Assembly: GCF_009914755.1 (NCBI RefSeq)
Contig: NC_060931.1
Length of the DNA: 64,000 nucleotides
Strand: one strand, 5' to 3'
Origin: the human T2T-CHM13v2.0 reference genome, Homo sapiens
Position numbers and translations under genes: made by a program. Position 1 is the first letter of the stretch. The number at the start of each line of letters is the position of its first letter. Below, one piece after another: positions 18,040-35,041 of this stretch. The notes beneath the pieces were generated by a model. That model ran no database searches. It was given only the letters and a program-made list of their open reading frames with translations, and was not told the DNA's origin.

Positions 18040-19480
18040 GCCTCCTTCTGGCATCTCCTGAGTAATAGAGAAGAGTTCAGGAAGTTGCCAGTCAAGCTTC
18101 TTTCCAAGGGGTATCTCAGGCATGCCTGGCTGGCTGCATCATAAAGAACAGGAAGTCCATATTAGATGGTGGCCAATGTGCAGATGTGCAGTTTAGTGTG
18201 GCAGAGCCATGCTGGCTGAGCAGTGCTGACTTCTCCCAAGTCCTAGCCCCAAACTCTAGACAACCCAGTACCACTGTCCTTTCTGCAGACTTATGGGACC
18301 AGTAATTGGGAATGCCTTTTATTTTGCCTTTACCAAGTTGAGTTCAGTTAGGGAATCTGAGTGCCAGAGAGAGTGATCACAAGCTTTGCTGGGCTTTTGG
18401 GCCATATGACATCAATCATGCTATTTATTTATTTTGAGATGGAGTCTCACTCACTCTGTCGCCGAGGCTGGAGCACAGTGGCATGATCTCTCTTCACTGC
18501 AACCTCCACCTTCTGGGTTCAAGTGATTCTCCTGCTTCAGCCTTCTGAGTAGCTGGGACTACAGGCATGCAACACCACACCCAGTTAATTTTTGTATTTT
18601 AGTAGAGACAAGGTTTTGTCATGTTGCTTAGGCTGGTCTCAAACTCCTAGCCTCCCAAAGTGCTGGGATTACAGGTGTGAGCCCAATTATGGGATTACAG
18701 GTGCCTGGCCCAATTATGCTCTTTAAAGGATGTGGACAGACCCGTCCTCTTCAGATCACTGTATGCAGTCTGAAAGCTCTGGCCCTTTGGTGTTGAAGAC
18801 ACAGAATTAAATATAATTCACTATTCTTTTATAGTTAAACATAGCTTATCTATAATTGTGCCCTACCAACTCCTTTAATCCCAGGCAAAATGCAAAGAAA
18901 TGACAGTAGAAGGATGGAGGACATGCATGGATAAGGGAGTGAATACAGTGTTTTCACCCTCCCTGCTCTGCCAGCTTCTACACCAAAGGTTCTAAAGTCA
19001 TTTTCAATACTTTCCTGGCATTCTATTTTTAAGCTCTGAGGAAAGAATAAAGGCTATGAGCCTGGCAGTGACATCCATGTCTAAATTATCTTTATACCCC
19101 TGGCAGCGTTTAGCTTGGAGCTCTTAGTAAACATGTAGATAGCACTGGATTGAATAACTAAGGAAGGTAAATTGTTAGAAGTTAAAGGCATCAGGCTGGG
19201 TGCTGGGAATACCAAGAATAATAAAATGCTTAATACTTACTTAGTTGAAGCTGTTGTAGAGAGAGGACTAATGGACCAGTGTTTGAACTGTCAGAGTCGG
19301 GAGGACAGAAATAGAGTGAGAGCTAGTAGATGTGAAGTAGTGGGTGGTAGGGAAGAGGGAATGCAGGAGAGGAGAGGAAGGGATGGGAGCACAAAAAAAA
19401 AAAAAAAAAAAAAAAGGAAGGGAGGTGGGGAGAATAGGACAAAGCCAATCTAGACATGCCTGATCCAGGCTACTTTTTAG

Positions 19481-20175
<695 letters not shown>

Positions 20176-20364
20176 TGGGTTGAATTTTAAAATGGTGAAA
20201 ATAAACCCATATTATTCTTTTCAGTACATAGTAACAGCAACAAAAATCAAAAGAAAAGAAAAAAGTCCTCCCAGCCCTACTTCTGGGCTCTATAGATCAA
20301 GCTGCTTTCAATCTGCATTTCTTGACTTCTCTGAACTGCTCATCACAAAACACTTCATCTTAAT

Positions 20365-20405
20365 TCCTCTTGCCAGTCAATGACTTGCATTGACTGGCAA
20401 GAGGA
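20365..20405. repeat. Perfect 18-bp inverted repeat with 5-nt spacer
   Basis: TCCTCTTGCCAGTCAATG-acttg-CATTGACTGGCAAGAGGA. Confidence 0.93.
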
Positions 20406-21001
20406 TCCACGTATTTAGAAGTTCTTACCACCGCGGTACTTAAATTGAGATATGTCTTGAGGTCCATATTTGTCAGTCCCATTTCTGAGAAGCAGTCATA
20501 AATAAAGCAGAAGATTGAAATTGAATTTTTTAAAAGGACTTTAGGAGGAAAGCCATTATGCAACCGTCCCGTTTAGTGAAAGAGAATGTTGATTTAAACT
20601 GGGAAAAGTCAGCTCACCATCTCCAGCATGGCAGAGAGAAACGCTGAGGAAAATTCTCCCTATTTTCAGGAGTAGTAGCTTGCTCCTCTGGGAAGAAGGT
20701 TACCAGAAAGGCCCGCAAATGATTGGTAGGATGCGAGTAACAAATTAAAATATTCTCTTTGCCAGAAACCTGTGTTGTTGAGAATCAGACAAAGGGCTAA
20801 AATTTGCCTGCGCTTGGATTACCAGATGGTGTTATTTACGTAATTTATGCGTTAAATTTCCTCCAGTGTTGCTTTTAACAATGTAAATGGATTTAAATGG
20901 CTTCCTAAGTGAATTCCTTTTGGTAAAAAGAAGAATTCCTGTCAGTAGGAAGGAAGACATCAGAGACACATGCTCCAGAGGTGGTGGAACATCACTCTCT
21001 A

Positions 21002-22836
<1,835 letters not shown>

Positions 22837-22929
22837 TTAAGAGACAGTGGTGATGTGCCAGGTATCTATGTGCCTATGCTTTCAGGAAGAAAGCTTCTGA
22901 AAATAGATCACAGGCTTTCACCGGGAGGG

Positions 22930-23430
22930 TTTTATTTTATATTTTATTTTATTGCATTATTTTATTTTGAGATGGAGTCTTGCTTGTCGCCCAGACTAGA
23001 AAGCAGTGGCACGATCTCGGCTCACTGCAACCTCCACCTCCTGGGTTCGAGCGATTCGTCTGCCTCAGCCTCCCGAGTAGCTGGGATTACAGGCACCTGC
23101 CGCCACGCCCAGCTAGTTTTTTGTATTTTTAGTAGAGAAGGGGTTTCACTATGTTGGCCAGGCTGGTCTCAAACTTCTGACCTCAGGTGATCCGCCCACC
23201 TCAGCCCCCGAAAGTGCTGCTAGAATTACAGGCGTGAGACACCATGCTCAGCCTACAAAATATTTAAAAATTAGGCGTAGTAGTGTTCAGCTGTGGTCCC
23301 AGCTACTCGGGAGGCTGGGGCAGGAGGAGTGCTTGAGCCCAGGAGTTTGAGGTTACCATGAGCTACAGTCATGCCACTGCACTCGAGCCTGGGAGACAGA
23401 GTGAGATCTTGTCTCTCTTAAAAAAAGAAG
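22930..23430. mobile_element. Antisense Alu (~22930-23253) abutting a sense Alu right arm (~23254-23430)
   Basis: ...GCTCAGCC|TACAAAATATTTAAAAATTAGGCG...CCCAGCTACTCGGGAGGCTG. Confidence 0.85.
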
Positions 23431-26012
23431 CAAAGAAAAAGATTCAAAAAACTTTCTGCTACCTGGAAGGGAATTTTGGACAGATTAAAAGAAGTATTGA
23501 TATACCCAGCAGTAGTTCAGATCTGATCGGGTAGTGTGTCTTCCATGATCTAGAAAACATTCCTGAATTCATTACTTGGGGAATTCCTGGCAGTCTCCAG
23601 ATGATTCCTCAAGAAAGTCAACACCGGGGTAGGCAGCCTCTGCGGTCTGCTGTTTTCTGTTAGCAGAGGCCATAGTTCTGCAGACTGGGCCATGGTATCT
23701 TGAGATGCCAGAGCTGAAAGAAACCTCAGAGATAGCCCCCTGTCATTTACAGATGAGAAAATAGTTTCCGGGGGAAGAATGCATGTGCCTGACTTCTGGG
23801 AGAAATGGAGCCAGTGGCCTTTCCCACTAGAGAGTAAAATGATTGATCTTTCTTGGGTCTATCTCAGCTCTTGCTAGAGAACATCTCCCCACTGATTCCA
23901 GGCTAGGCTGGGCTGGCTGATGTTGACATACTGTAGGGTAGATTTGCACCAGAAGGGGTGCCAGGGAACAGCATTCTTAGAAGCATCAGGGTGGTTCTGG
24001 GTTTGTGGGAAGAGCGTTTGGGAAGAGACTCAAATCTAGCTCGTGTTGAGTTCTATAAGGGCCCTTGGTTGACTGACTTTAACTTTCTCTGCCTGGCATA
24101 TTATATCTTCTAGTCTATTTCCTTTTCCTTTCTTTAATTTGTTCCTCTTTTCCCACCTCCTAGGCCCCCTCTCCAGACAATTTCGCTGCTTACTCCCTCC
24201 AGCCCCTCTCCATTCATTAATGTATGTACACATTCACTCATTGATTAAGAACTCAGAACTCATTGGGTACTTACTTATGTTCCAGGCACAGTGCTGGGCA
24301 GTAGGGACACAGGATGACACAGTCTGTCCTCATTGAGGTAACAGCCTAGTAAAGAAGGGAGAAAGTAATTTTTTTTGCACGCCCACATGCTGGCAGGATC
24401 ATGCAATTACAACCGTGATAAGGGCTATGCTAGCATGTTATAGGGAACTCTGTTTTTATCTGGGGCTTCCTTGAGTAAGCACTGATGGAGCTGAAAGCCA
24501 AAGTTTGATTAGGAGTTAACTAGGCAGATGGGGGAGGAGTGTCCCGGGCAGGAATGGGGCACAGGGAAGGATAAAAGGAAACATCATGGGATTGAGGGGA
24601 GCTGCAGAGATGAGGCTGCAGGGGGAGGCTTTGAAGACCACACGAAGATTGAGGATTTATTTTCAGAGTGGTCGGTGGGAGCCATCGAAGTTTGCAGGGC
24701 CGTGGAATGATCAGTTCCACCCTGGCTGCTGAGCGGAGGTCAGACTGAATGGAGTTGGATTCGGAAGTGGTGGCTGTGGTCCAGGTGGGAGATGGTCGTA
24801 GCTTGCACCAAGGTGATGAGGGAGGAGAAAATGATCTGGTGGTCATAGTGGATGTGAAAGGAAGTGGATGCAGTTGAGCTGTAGTGAAGAGGCATCATCT
24901 GCAGGACTTGGTGATGGATTGGCTGGCGCCTAGGGAGGAAGTGGTGAGGATGGTGCCTGGCTTTCTTTCTGGTATATGTAGCTTCCTTGCTCAATTTGAG
25001 TGACGGAGGTCGTGGGGAGAGAGAACACACTGTCTTTCTGCTCCGGGCCACCTGCTATAATAGCATGCAAGCTCTTTCAAGAGAGAGCTGCCCCCTGTTA
25101 GTGCCTTGAAGATCCCTGGAAAAGTGGCTTTCACATAATCAGGGCACCCAGGGTTCTCAATTTAATGGCACAATTGAAAACTCTCACCAGAATATTTTGG
25201 ATCCAAACCTACTTATGCCCGAATGATCCTTCCTGCTGCTTTTGAGAAACTCCTGGCCTCTAAAAGTCACAGGACAAGACCAGACCTTGAATATTAGAAT
25301 TCTATGACAAGGTGAGAACAGCTGCCTCACTGTTAGGGCAGTAGATTCCAAAGTGGGGTACACAAGATGACGTGGACCATTAGAGGGACAAGAGGAATAT
25401 ATTAGCACTCATATTCTAATGTCATTTTTGGATTTCTATATATCTAAATTTTTCATGTGTAAAATATATTAGCATAGTAGTATGTGCATGTACTGAAAAA
25501 TAAATAAAGTAAACATATTGGAGAAGGTATGCTTTACATTTTTAAACATCAAAAATGTTTGGAGCCCATAGCCTGTGAGCATAGTGAATATAAATGAACC
25601 AGTCATGTTGGCTTTGATGGCTTGGCCTCCTCTTTCCTCCCTGGCTGCCTAGGCTCCTCAGTGACAGGTGCCCAGGGGAGCAGGTGGCCTGGGCAGTACC
25701 TGGCACCCTGCATCCTCATTTGTTGCCTGTGGCTCTTCCGGGGTCCCTGAAGCTACTATCCAGCTGTCCAGGCTGTGGCAGAGCACAGCCCTTGCTTAAA
25801 TTCTTTCAGCTTCTGTAAAATTGAGTCATCAGATCACAACCCTGGAAATGATATTAGAAGCCTTCTAAGCTGGTGGCTCTCAAATGTGGCTACACATCTC
25901 AATCCCATGGGGGGCCTTTTTACATACACCCAGGTGCCTCAACTTCATCCCTGGGGAATGTGATTTATAGGGCTGGGGTGGGATCCAGGTGTTTGCAATT
26001 TTATTTCATTTT

Positions 26013-26049
26013 ATGGATGGATGGATGGATGGATGGATGGATGGATGGA

Positions 26050-26050
<1 letters not shown>
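26013..26050. repeat. (GGAT)n microsatellite at an Alu tail
   Basis: Directly visible. Confidence 0.92.
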
Positions 26051-27041
<991 letters not shown>

Positions 27042-27381
27042 CTACATCTCTATTTTGTTGCTGTCACTAAAGCTATCAGCTCTTCTTCCCTGCAAAATAG
27101 CAAAGCATTCTTGTTTTCTCCATCTCCCCTCTTCATGCTGCCAGTCTTTTCCCCACAGTTCAGCCAGAGTGATCTTTTCAAACCCAAATTCTTCAGTGGC
27201 TTCTCATTTACAACAAAGATCAATTTCTTTTTAACATGACCTCCAGGTCATTGCCTGGTGTGGACCCTGCCTACCTCTCCAATATTTTCCACTATTCTCC
27301 TCTCTTCCAGCCCTACTTTCTGAATCCATTTTCTACGTTCCAGCCACATGGCTATTCTTTCAGCTCTTTGAATATCCTCTA

Positions 27382-27908
27382 TGTATCACTTATCTATTGC
27401 AGTGTAAGCCCAAATTTAGTGGCCTAAATAACAATTGATTGGATTAAGATTCTGAAGTTTGGAAGTCTGGGCTGCGGTCAGCCAGGTGGTTCTTCTGCTC
27501 CACATGGCCCTGGCTATGCTTATGCACACACTGGCATTCCACTGATGGGTTGTCTTGGGGGTGTACAGTCTCACATGGCCTCACTCCCATGCCTTAGTCT
27601 TCAGCCATGATATCTGGAATAGCTGGGCCTCTATTGCTCCATTGTCTTTTATCCTCAGCTTCCTTACAGCCTGACGGGCTCAGAATTCCAAGAGGAAGAA
27701 AGTGCAAGCCGCAAAGTCTCTAAGGCCTAGTCCTGGGTTGTGTGAGACATCACTTCTGCATTCTGTTAATCAGTGCAAGTCATAAAATCAGCCCAGATTC
27801 AAGGAGAGGGGAAATAGGTTCAGCCTTTTTATAGGAAGAGCAAATAAGTCACATTGCCAAGGAGCATGGGTGGAATTGTTGCTGCCATCTTTGAATACAG
27901 TCCAGCAC
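27382..27908 (-). mobile_element. Old MLT1 LTR within an L2 remnant
   Basis: TGTATCACTTATCTATTGC...CATCACTTCTGCATTCTGTT...AGCCCAGATTCAAGGAGAGGGGAAATAG...GCCATCTTTG. Confidence 0.65.
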
Positions 27909-30445
27909 ACCCTGCTCTCTCCTTCACAAGGTCATTGCAACTGTGCTGGCTGCCCCTGGGCTTGGGACTGTTGCCCACTTCCTCTACTCAGCTCAGCCTA
28001 GCCCTTCAGACTTCACCTTAGTATCCTTTCCTGGGGGATGCTTTCTCTGAGCCCACTGGCCACATCTTCGTGTTACACGCTAGATTTTTAGCCCTGTGTT
28101 GTTTTCCCTCATGGAAAAGCTCCCTTTGTGATGGTGCATTTCTGCCTGTGATTCTTTGATTAATGCATTTCCCTTGCTAGATTATCCACTTCATGACAGC
28201 AAGGACCTTGTCTACTAGCACCTCTCATTTCATCCCCCTGCCCAGCCCAGTAGGCCCTGAATGGATCATTTTTTGATGAATAAATAAATGGATGAGCGTC
28301 TGTTTCTGGAGTCACCACACCTCCTGGAGGCCCATATCCATTTAAGCAGGGCCACTTCCCCACTTCCCTAGCAAAGGGTCACCAAGAACCCTGCGGTGGG
28401 TTCTTTGCCTCCAGGACTGGTCCCAGAGCTTGGAGCGTGCCCTCCTCCTGGCCCATTCCAACCCATCTGGAAGTCCTCCTCCCTCCACTGTGTGAGGAGC
28501 CACAGCCTGGGGCGCTTTCCATTTGGGCACTTCCCTCTGCTCTTGGCATCAGCGACATGCCAGTCAGAGTCTTGTTCCTACCTTTCTGTGCATTTCTCTT
28601 CATTTCTTCAGCCTGCCTAGGAACTCACCATGTGGGCTGGTAAACACTGATGTAGAGAATAGATCCGCAGGACCCTTTCTTGGGACCAGCTGTACTTGGG
28701 ATACTCATAGCTGGGTCTTATGTGTGGTAGAAACATAAACTGGATCGTTCCCTTTAGAGGGTATCCCTTTTGCTTCCAGACCTCTTGGGTGGACTCAGAG
28801 GCCAAGGTGGAATATCACTCCTTCCGGGAATACCCCTCCATAGGGGACTTAGCTGGACTGTTGGTTTATTGCTAAGGCTCAAAAGCCTTCAGTCCACTTT
28901 CTTGCATTTCTTTCCATCTGCTATGTAGGCCTGGTTGCTTAACCACTGGCAGACTTCACATCAGCTCATCATCACTTAGAGCCAGCCCATGAGCTGTGCT
29001 GGTGATCACCCCCAGCCAACACAGAGCAGAGCCTGAGGCCTGAAGAATCACTTGTCTCCCAGGCATCTTCCAGCCTCCCTTGCACAGCCATGCCGCCACT
29101 TGGATCCGTGCAGCAGCAGGCTTTGACCTCTGACCCTAGGATGTCATTGGTGCCACTGCAGATCCATGGAGCTTCCTCTGCATATATCTATATGCCCAGC
29201 TCTGTCCTCACTGTTTCCCCTGCTCACTGTGGTTACAATGCAGGTCAGAGGCACCAACCAGGCACCCAGAGTGAGGGACAGGGCTGTGACTGAAGAGAAG
29301 TCAAGGGGTCTACAGCTGTAGGTCAGCTCTCCCAGGGCAGGAAGGGCCAGTGTCTGCTGCTGTCGCATGTGGTCGGGGGTGTGGTTCTGACTCCTCCCCT
29401 TACTGACTGTGGGGTTATGAACCACTTTCTCTACCTCTTTGACCCTCAGTTTCCTCATCTGTGATAAGCTGATGAGGGAGTTGGTTTTGGTGCTTTCTGT
29501 CATTACTGGACTGGTCCTGGAGTTTGGAGCAGGCAGAGCAGGTATACTTGCCTCTCTAAGGGGAGGGGCCTGTGAAAGTGGAGAGTAGAGGAGAGATGAG
29601 CAAGAGGAGCCCTCGTCTTCTGTCTCACACAAGAGGTGCTGCTAATGACAGTTCATGTTTAGGATTTAAAATCCAGTCTGAGTCACTGGAGGTGATGAGC
29701 TAAAGTGCAGACTTAGGCTGAGGCAGGCAGGATAATGACCACAGTGCATGCCCAGTGATGGCAATGTTGTGGGCATCCAGGCCAGCAGCAGGATTCCAGG
29801 GCAGGCACTGACCCTGGCAGTTCACCCTGGGATTGCTGGACCCCACAGCAGGGCATACCTTCAAGACATCTGCTATTCCAGGAGCCTCTGAGTCCTCCCC
29901 AGACTCTACAGGGAGAGCTGAGGGACTTTGGGTCAATGCACACTTAGTGTGCTGGCTGATATCCACACCACAGAGCCCAGGACAGGAAGCCCATGTCTCT
30001 GCCACACAGGACAGATGTGCTGAGCTTCCTGCCACCTGTCTGTTACACCATCTCCCTCCCCTTGTTTAAAAGGCTTGGTGTCCAGCACAGGGCTAACACA
30101 GCCAACATATGGCTCCTCCATCCTCTCACCTCCACTCCTAACAGCTACATCCACTTGAACCCTCTTGGGAGTTTGGCTGCACCCCAGGCATGAAAGCCAT
30201 CCTGACCTTGGTCTGGATGGCTTGTGGAGGACATAGTGCCAAGTCAGACTGGCTTGTGGGTTCTGTTCCCACTTGGCACCTGTGTTCTTATGACTGGGTT
30301 TCAGGCTTTTGCTAAGGTCTCTTATGCGCCTGTGTCTGTCATCCCTGCTAAGTCCTTGAAGAGTTCTGCTTTGCTTCCATCCATCCTCCTGAGCCTCCCC
30401 AAACTGAGATTCACGCCCGAATCTACTTTCCCCCATCTCTCTGTT

Positions 30446-30502
30446 TATCTATCTATCTATCTATCTGTCTGTCTGTCTGTCTGTCTATCTATCATCTATC
30501 TA
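30446..30502. repeat. Compound (TCTA)n(TCTG)n STR
   Basis: Directly visible. Confidence 0.92.
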
Positions 30503-31480
30503 TTTTTATAATGGCTTTGTAGATATATTCACATACCATTATAATTCGTCCATTTAAAATGTGCCACTCAATGGTTTTTTCAGTATGTTTGAGCTGTGCA
30601 AAGTTCACCACAATCAATATTAGAATGTTTTCATCACCCTAAAAAGAACCACCAAACCCATTAGCAGTCACTCTACCTTCCTCCAGCCCCCTGCCCACCA
30701 CCTCCCAAGCAACCATCAATTTATTTACCAGACATTTCATATAAATGGAATCATAGAATATGTAGTCCTTTGTGATTTGCTTATTTTGCTTAGCATGCTT
30801 TCCAGGTTCATCCATGTTGTAGCATGTATCAACATTTCATTTTTTTCCCAAATAATATCCCATCATATGGATATGTTACATTTTATTTATGCATTAATCA
30901 ATTGTTGGGACATTTGCTTAATCCAAGGTCATGAATTTTTACTCTTATGTTTTCTTCTAAGAGTTTTATAGTTTTAGCTCTTATGTTTAGGTCGTTGATC
31001 CATTTTGAGTTAATTTTTTATATGGTGTGAGGTAGGAGCCATGTCCATTCTTTTACATGTTGTTCCAGCACAATTTGTTGAAGATATTATTCCTTAGCCC
31101 ACTGAATTGTCTTGACACCCTTGTTGAAAGTTAGTTGACCATAAGTGTGAGAGTTTATTTCTGGACTTTCAGTTCTATTCCATTGATCCGTATGTCTGTC
31201 CTTATGCCAGTACCACACCATCTTGACTATAGTAGCTTTGTATTAAATTTTGAAATTGGGGAGTGAAGTCCTCCCAGTTTGTTCAAGGTTGTTTTAGCTA
31301 CTTGAGGTCCCTTGTTTTTCCTTACGAACTTTAGGATCTGCTTGTTAATTTCTGCAAGGAATTCAGCTGGGATTTTTATAGGGATTGTGTTGAATTTTTA
31401 GATCAATTTTGGGTGTATTACCATCTTGACAATGTTAATTCTTCCAATCCTTGAACATGGTATATCTTTTCATTCATTCA
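30503..31480 (-). mobile_element. L1M (L1MB-like) fragments
   Basis: Antisense L1 3'UTR and ORF2 remnants (GTTTTAGCTCTTATGTTTAGGTC..TTGATCCATTTTGAGTTAATTTTT; CTTATGCCAGTACCACAC). Confidence 0.8.
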
Positions 31481-32458
31481 CTGAGTCTTGCAACATCATT
31501 GTGAGACCCTGATTCTTTATATATTGTCCGTACCTTGAAATTCAGCCGCCTTGTTTTACTCTCTAAGACACCAGTTTCCTGTCTCTATTCCCAGGCCCTT
31601 TGCCAACATTTGGCCTCCTTGACTTCCTTCCATGGCCAGCAGCTGGGTCTAACCTAACATGCGAGGGCATCTAGCTGTCCTGTCCCAGATCAAAGAAGTC
31701 TGGAACATCTATTCTCTACTAACCACTTAGCCCACAATTCCTCCTGGAAGAAGCAAGCAAAGTGAGGATTCTTGCTTATGGGAGAATTTTCTATCTGTAT
31801 CGTTTCCCTGTGGTATAACCGAAGTTGGGAAATAGAAACAGAACATCATACACGCAAAACAAATTTTGCCACCAAATTCAGCCAACAAAAGTCAAGAAGG
31901 GGGTATGTAGACACTCAAGAGTGTCCCAGTATTCTTGCTTTGGTGGTTACTGGGAGACTAAAGGTGGAATGGCTTGAAGTAACCCATCTTGGAATGAGCC
32001 TACCTGAGTCAGCTCACCTGCAAAAACTGTCACTTATGCAGAGCATACAGTGTCTTCACAGCAGAACAGCCTCACAGGCTCCTGAAACTTTTCTGTCATT
32101 TTCCTTTTTTTCCACTGGTACTAGGAACCTCATTTCCATAAATTAATTTTTTTTTTTACAATAAGGTTTTTTTTTTTTTTCCCACCTGGACCAAGAGAAG
32201 TTGGATAGTCCAGCTTTCCTTTTGGAGCAGGTCCTTACGGCCTAGGTGCCTGCCATCCCCATGCAGAGGGATGAGAAGTCCCACATCCTTGGGCTTTTGC
32301 ATCCCTCAAAGGCAGCCATCATTGCAACTTTCTTTCTGAATAGTTCAGTAATAGCAAGCGACAGCTGCTCATAATGGCATTGGAGTGGATGCTTCCAGAA
32401 GGCTTGGCATCTGTACCTGTAGGACTCCAAAGTAGAGCATATTAACAGTGTAGAACTA

Positions 32459-33458
<1,000 letters not shown>

Positions 33459-33541
33459 TGAACCATTGCTTTTGGGCTTGGGGAGGGGGCATAGCCTCTG
33501 GGAATTTCTTTTTCAGGCTGATGAAATCTTTGTACCCCTAG

Positions 33542-33727
33542 GTATGGCTCTGTGGGGGCAGCATGGAGGTCCTTCCTTGCTCACGGGTGGCCCACATTGA
33601 GCGGAAGAAGAAGCCATATAATAGCAACATTGGCTTCTACACCAAGAGGAATGCTCTTCGCGTTGCTGAGGTCTGGATGGACGATTACAAGTCTCATGTG
33701 TACATAGCGTGGAACCTGCCGCTGGAG
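33542..33727 (+). CDS. GALNT17: GALNT17 internal coding exon (probably exon 7), C-terminal part of the GT-A catalytic domain
   Basis: Acceptor ...gtacccctAG|GTA, donor GAG|GTaggg; 186 nt = 62 codons: [62 protein letters not shown]. WxCGG..PCSRVxH and RxAEVWMD are ppGalNAc-T hallmarks; HIERKKKPY fits the GALNT9/17/18 group. Confidence 0.96.
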
Positions 33728-34309
33728 GTAGGGATCACCAGCCTTTCCCCACCACCCCAGTACAGTGATCCTTACTGTTTGATCACTATTTATTTAATAA
33801 ACCAATCGTTCCTCCCCAGAAAATGCTCATGCTTAGAAAAATTATGAATGCATTTCAAAGGGATTCACAGATGTCTCAGCTTTAGAACTCCTGCCTAACT
33901 CCAGGGCTAGCACAATGGAAGTCTCTTTAAATCCACTTACAGAGATTAGAAGGGTCTTAGTGTGTTAATCCCAGTCTTATTATGTTAATCTGGCTGCCCT
34001 GCTCCTGATGATATGCTGTGTCCAGGAAGTTCTTGCCCAGATACTTCACAGCAGACCCTTCATCCTGCCAGTGTGTGACTTCCCATGGAGCTCCAGCTGC
34101 CCCGTATCATATGCCTTTACTCTATGCCAAATCCCCTAGCTCTTCAGCTCTCCTCCACATTCTGCTCAGAAGATGGCCCAAGGAAATTTCCATGTTACTG
34201 CAGCCCCACAGGAGTGTCATGCGGTAGTTGTATATTAGCGTGGTTTGAATCCCAACTCTATCATTTATGAGTCAGGAGATCTTGACCAAATCCACTCATC
34301 TTCTCTGTA

Positions 34310-35041
34310 CCATTCATCCCTTGGTATCCACAGGGGATTTGTTCCAGGATTCCCTGTGGATAGCAAAACTCACAGATGCTCAAGCCCCTGATGCAAAATG
34401 GCATAGTGTTTGCACATAACCTAAGTATAACCTCCTGTGTGTGTATATATATGTATAAAATATATATTTATATAATATATAAAATATATAATATAAAGAT
34501 TTATATAAATTTTTTTATGGCAGCACAAAATTTTTTTAATTTTATTTTTCTATTAGTTATTGGGGTACAGGTGGTATTTGGTTACATGAGTAAGTTCTTT
34601 AGTGGTGATTTGTAAGATCCTGGTGCAACCGTCACCCGATCAGTATACACTGCACCATATTTGTTGTCTGTTATCCCTCGCCCCCCTCCCACTCTTCCCC
34701 TGAAGTCCCCAAAGTCCATTGTATCGTTCTTATACCTTTGCATCCTCATAGCTTAGCTCCCACATATCAATGAAAACATATGATGTTTGGTTTTCCATTA
34801 GAATAATACTCTCGAATCTCATCCAGGTCGTTGCAAATACTGTTAATTTATTTCTTTTTATGGCTGAATCATCTCTAGATTACTTATAGATAATACAATG
34901 TAAATGCTGTGTAAATAATTCTTATGCTTTATTTGTATTTTTTATTGTTGTATTGTTCTTACTGGGCTTTTAAAAAATATTTTCAGTCTGCAGTTGGTTG
35001 AACCGATGGATGCAGAAACCATGGATATAAAGGGTTGGCTG
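34310..35041 (+). mobile_element. MER2 (Tigger-group MITE) inserted in a MIR and itself interrupted by an L1PB 3' fragment
   Basis: TA|CCATTCATCCCTTGGTATCC...GGATATAAAGGGTTGGCTG|TA; MIR sequence resumes on both sides. Confidence 0.8.
34531..34867 (-). mobile_element. L1PB-type 3' end fragment
   Basis: GGGGTACAGGTGGTATTTGGTTACATGAGTAAGTTCTTTAGTGGTGATTTG...CCTCATAGCTTAGCTCCCAC. Confidence 0.8.

Noticed and set aside
33728-33847. ORF read-through past the exon (also 38249-38410)
   Set aside because: Homology ends at canonical GT donors; the extensions are intronic.
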